Source of the DNA: Synechococcus sp. A15-24
GTDB taxonomy: Bacteria; Cyanobacteriota; Cyanobacteriia; PCC-6307; Cyanobiaceae
DNA: 32,000 nt
Assembly (NCBI RefSeq): GCF_014280195.1
Contig: NZ_CP047960.1
Span: 180,001-212,000, forward strand
Direction of reading: 5' to 3'
Program-made: the position numbers and the translations under genes
Shown here: in pieces, positions 29,153 to 32,000 of the stretch
Layout of the letters: every line of letters starts with the position of its first letter
Numbering within the stretch: the first letter of the stretch is position 1
The notes under the pieces: generated by a model
Told to the model about the DNA's origin: nothing
The model's database searches: none
What the model saw: only the letters and a program-made list of their open reading frames with translations

Positions 29153-30499
29153 ATGAAGGTTGTGGTGATCGACGACGACCCCACCGGCTCGCAGACGGTG
29201 CACAGCTGCCCGCTGCTGCTGGAGTGGGATGAGGAAATCCTGAGGCGGGGCCTGAGGCACCCCTCGCCGCTGCTGTTTCTGCTGGCGGACACCCGGGCGC
29301 TGACCCCCGAGGATGCCGCAGCGCGCAATCGAGAGATTGTCCGCCATCTGGATGAAGCGCTGGCTGCAGAAGGGTTGGGTCGTGGCGATGTGCTGCTGGT
29401 TAGCCGCGGTGATTCCACCTTGCGCGGCCATGGCGTGCTGGAGCCAGTCACCTTGCAGGAAGCCTTTGGACCCTTTGACGCCACATTCCACATCCCTGCA
29501 TTTCTTGAGGGTGGCCGCACCACGCGGAACGGCGTTCATCTGTTGAACGGTGAACCGGTGCACACCACCGCTTTTGCCAAAGATCGGATCTTTGGATTCA
29601 GCACCAGCGATCTAGCGAACTGGCTGGATGAGAAAAGTGGTGGTTTGATCCGTTCTGCCGAGGTGCAGCGGATCGACGTTCGCAAGCTTGATGCGGCTGG
29701 AGGGGCTGGTCTGCCGGGGTTGATCGATCGACTCCGATCCCTCAAAGGCAATGCGCCGGTGGTAGTCGATGCCGAACGGCAGGACCAGCTGAATGCTCTG
29801 GCTGCTGCCGTACGGGCGTTGCGCAGCGAGAAACGCTTTCTGTTCCGCTCCGCCGCCAGCATGGTGAAGGCTCTGGCGGATCCAGGGCCGCAACCACTGG
29901 ATGCCGCAGGGTTGGCGGGACTGCGGCGACGTGCCTCGGACGATCGTGCTCTGCCCGGGCTGGTGATGGTGGGATCCTATGTGGCACTCGCGGATCAGCA
30001 GCTGGAGCGGCTGCTGGTGGAACCGGGCTGCCGAGGGGTTGAGCTGCCGGTACCTCGCATCGCCCGCGTGCTGGAGGGGCCGACACCCGATCTGCTGCTG
30101 GCGGATCTGGAGCGGGTCTGGTTGCAGCAGCTGCAAGAGCTGCTTGGAGCAGGCCTAACTCCGGTGTTGTTCACCAGCCGCGGTGAGTTGCGCTGCGCTT
30201 CCGAGCAGGAGGGCCGGCGTTTGTCCTGTGCCCTAGCTGAGTTGATGGCGCGACTGGCGGCTGCTTTGGCGCCGGATCTTGGTTATCTGATCAGCAAAGG
30301 AGGAACCACCACGCAGACCCTGCTTTCCAAAGGGCTGGGGCTGACGGCCGTGCAGCTGGAGGGGCAGTTGCTGCCGGGGCTGTCCTTGGTGCGTTCGTCA
30401 GAGGGGCGCCACTCTGGCCTGCCGATCATCACCTTTCCGGGAAACCTCGGCAGTGCCGACACCCTGCGCGACGCCTGGCAGCGCATGGAGGCCGGCTGA
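29153..30499 (+). CDS. Four-carbon acid sugar kinase family protein (DUF1537; OtnK/DtnK-like)
   Basis: The N-terminal motif is MKVVVIDDDPTGSQTV (DDxTG). RGDSTLRGH is present, as is the C-terminal nucleotide-binding part GGTT...LLPG.....G.....LPIITFPGNLGS. Confidence 0.8.
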   Translation: MKVVVIDDDPTGSQTVHSCPLLLEWDEEILRRGLRHPSPLLFLLADTRALTPEDAAARNREIVRHLDEALAAEGLGRGDVLLVSRGDSTLRGHGVLEPVTLQEAFGPFDATFHIPAFLEGGRTTRNGVHLLNGEPVHTTAFAKDRIFGFSTSDLANWLDEKSGGLIRSAEVQRIDVRKLDAAGGAGLPGLIDRLRSLKGNAPVVVDAERQDQLNALAAAVRALRSEKRFLFRSAASMVKALADPGPQPLDAAGLAGLRRRASDDRALPGLVMVGSYVALADQQLERLLVEPGCRGVELPVPRIARVLEGPTPDLLLADLERVWLQQLQELLGAGLTPVLFTSRGELRCASEQEGRRLSCALAELMARLAAALAPDLGYLISKGGTTTQTLLSKGLGLTAVQLEGQLLPGLSLVRSSEGRHSGLPIITFPGNLGSADTLRDAWQRMEAG

Positions 30500-31756
30500 G
30501 GCGGCTAGCAGTTGCATCGGGTGCAACACCTCAGCGCGATCGCCCAGGTGACGTCGCAACTGAAGGGTGCAGCCGATGTTGGCGCTGGCGACGATTCCGG
30601 CGCCGGTGCTGCTGAGGTCAGCGGCTTTGATGCGGCCGAGCTCAGCGGCTTCATCGGGTTGAACCAGGTTGTAGATGCCCGCACTGCCGCAGCAGACGCC
30701 GGCTTCGATGGCCTCCCTGAGTCGGATGCCGGGAATGGCCCGCAGCAGAGCCCGGGGTTGGGTCTGAATGTTCTGGCCATGAATCATGTGGCAGGCGTCG
30801 TGCATGGCCACGGCCTCAGGCAGGGGTTGCAGCTGCGATGTGAATGTCTCGGAGAGGCCGCGATCGGCGAGAAACTCCTGCACGTCCAGGACTGGCGCAC
30901 GGAACTGGAGGTCCCCTTTCAGCAGTTCGTCGTAAGCCTTCATCGTGTGGCCGCAACCGGACGCTGCCACCAGCACGGCATCGAGATCCCCGTCCACGCC
31001 GTTCATGCTGCTCACAAGATCAGAGGCCAACTGGCGGGTCAACTCCAGTTCCCCCTGGTGATGACTTACGGCACCGCAACAACCTTGATCCGGCGGGATC
31101 ACCACCTCGAACCCATTGGCCTGCAGCACCTTCACCGTGGCGATGCTGACGGCCGGATCGAAGCAGCGCTGCACGCAGCCCAGCAGTAATGCAACGCGGC
31201 CGCGGCGGTCACCGGTCGCTGGATTGATCGTTGGCAGGAAGTCGTCGAAGCTTTCGGGAGCCAGCGCTGGCAGCAGTTGCTCCATCGCTTCAATCTCCGG
31301 ACCAAAAAGCCGGGTCAGGCCGGAGCGGCGGGCAAAGGCCTGCAGCGATGTGCCGACATAGGCCCGCAGGGGTTGCAGCAGAGATCTCAGCCGCCTGGGG
31401 TAGGGCAGCACCTGCAGCAACAATTGACGGAAGCTGATCTGCCAGCTGCTGCGGTGCTGCAGCTGATTCAGCTTGGGTCGTGTCGCCTCAATCAGTTGGT
31501 CGTAGCGCACGCCGGATGGGCAGGCGGAGACGCAGGCGTAGCAGCCCAGGCAGGTGTCGAAATGGCTGGCGACGGTGGCGTCCAGTTCCAGTTCACCGGC
31601 TTCGATGGCCCGCAGAGCGTGGATACGGCCGCGAGGGGAATCCATTTCGCTGGCCAGCACGCGGTAACTGGCACAGGTGGGTAAGCAGAAGCCGCAGTGC
31701 ACACAGGGATCTGCAGCGCCTGCTGGCAGGCCGGGGAGCTGAGACTTTGGTTCCAT
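30398..31756 (-). CDS. glcF: Glycolate oxidase/dehydrogenase iron-sulfur subunit GlcF
   Basis: Two 4Fe-4S motifs (CVHCGFCLPTCASY and CLGCYACVSACPSG) are followed by two CCG-type Cys-rich domains (GCCG, CCGSAG). The ATG at 31756 is preferred over the TTG at 31774. The ORF runs about 30 codons beyond the usual HP..LL C-terminus into the kinase gene. Confidence 0.85.
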   Translation of the reverse strand: MEPKSQLPGLPAGAADPCVHCGFCLPTCASYRVLASEMDSPRGRIHALRAIEAGELELDATVASHFDTCLGCYACVSACPSGVRYDQLIEATRPKLNQLQHRSSWQISFRQLLLQVLPYPRRLRSLLQPLRAYVGTSLQAFARRSGLTRLFGPEIEAMEQLLPALAPESFDDFLPTINPATGDRRGRVALLLGCVQRCFDPAVSIATVKVLQANGFEVVIPPDQGCCGAVSHHQGELELTRQLASDLVSSMNGVDGDLDAVLVAASGCGHTMKAYDELLKGDLQFRAPVLDVQEFLADRGLSETFTSQLQPLPEAVAMHDACHMIHGQNIQTQPRALLRAIPGIRLREAIEAGVCCGSAGIYNLVQPDEAAELGRIKAADLSSTGAGIVASANIGCTLQLRRHLGDRAEVLHPMQLLAASAGLHALPGVAQGVGTAEVSRKGDDRQARVAPL

Positions 31757-31865
31757 CCAGTAATTGTGAACCAAGAACAGAGGCTCCGTTGGTTTATTTG
31801 TGAGGTTTAAACCCTTTAGAAATCGTTTTATTGTTGATGTCTATAAAAAATTCGCAAATTGCCCG

Positions 31866-32000
31866 CTAAGCCTGCGCAATCAATTCGCGTGTTTTTAAGA
31901 GGGGCTTAAAAGCTCTCATGTCTTTGACTTCCCAAAATGATTCAACAAGTGGGCATTGATTTCGATATCTGGTGGCGGTGCTTTCGAACTCTGCTTGGCT
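31866..32000 (-). CDS. Possible 3' end of an ORF entering from beyond the right edge (44 codons, ...RYRNQCPLVESFWEVKDMRAFKPLLKTRELIAQA*)
   Basis: The minus-strand frame is open from nt 32000 to a TAG at 31866-31868. The context is AT-rich, no homology is recognised, and it could be non-coding. Confidence 0.25.
   Translation of the reverse strand, partial: SQAEFESTATRYRNQCPLVESFWEVKDMRAFKPLLKTRELIAQA

Overview
By gene content and order, this window looks like a high-GC (about 60% by eye) core-chromosome segment of a marine picocyanobacterium, probably Synechococcus-like. The conserved blocks are egtB, smpB/ruvB, TPP riboswitch-thiC, tkt-fabF-acpP, psaC-glmS, corA, manC, rimM/ndhS, a Kv-type K+ channel, rnc-rnpB, tRNA-Arg(CCT), glgP, a cation/H+ antiporter, and glcE/glcF. 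Coding density is very high, with many 1-4 nt start/stop overlaps and several convergent 3' overlaps. The many long ORFs antisense to real genes are typical high-GC shadow ORFs.

I found no transposase, integrase, CRISPR array, restriction or defence gene, or phage gene. I cannot honestly point to a clear new multi-gene system; this is mostly housekeeping DNA. The leads worth a second look are:
- An acetate kinase gene start-overlapped with the glgP stop (TGATG), intact in frame but carrying two in-frame TAA codons.
- The RNase P RNA gene ending about 8-12 nt before the only usable rnc (RNase III) start codon, with tRNA-Arg diverging about 35 nt from the other end.
- An orphan DUF1537 acid-sugar kinase gene between glcE and glcF on the opposite strand, with a 14-nt fully palindromic divergent spacer and a 102-nt 3' overlap.
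- ndhS followed after 3 nt by a 6-TM K+ channel gene with a C-terminal zinc-ribbon tail.
- The psaC terminator U-tract running directly into the glmS ATG.
- Two unrecognised ORFs next to the tRNA.
- An abrupt AT-rich shift in the last ~220 nt.

All product calls come from reading motifs in the supplied translations. No database search was run.
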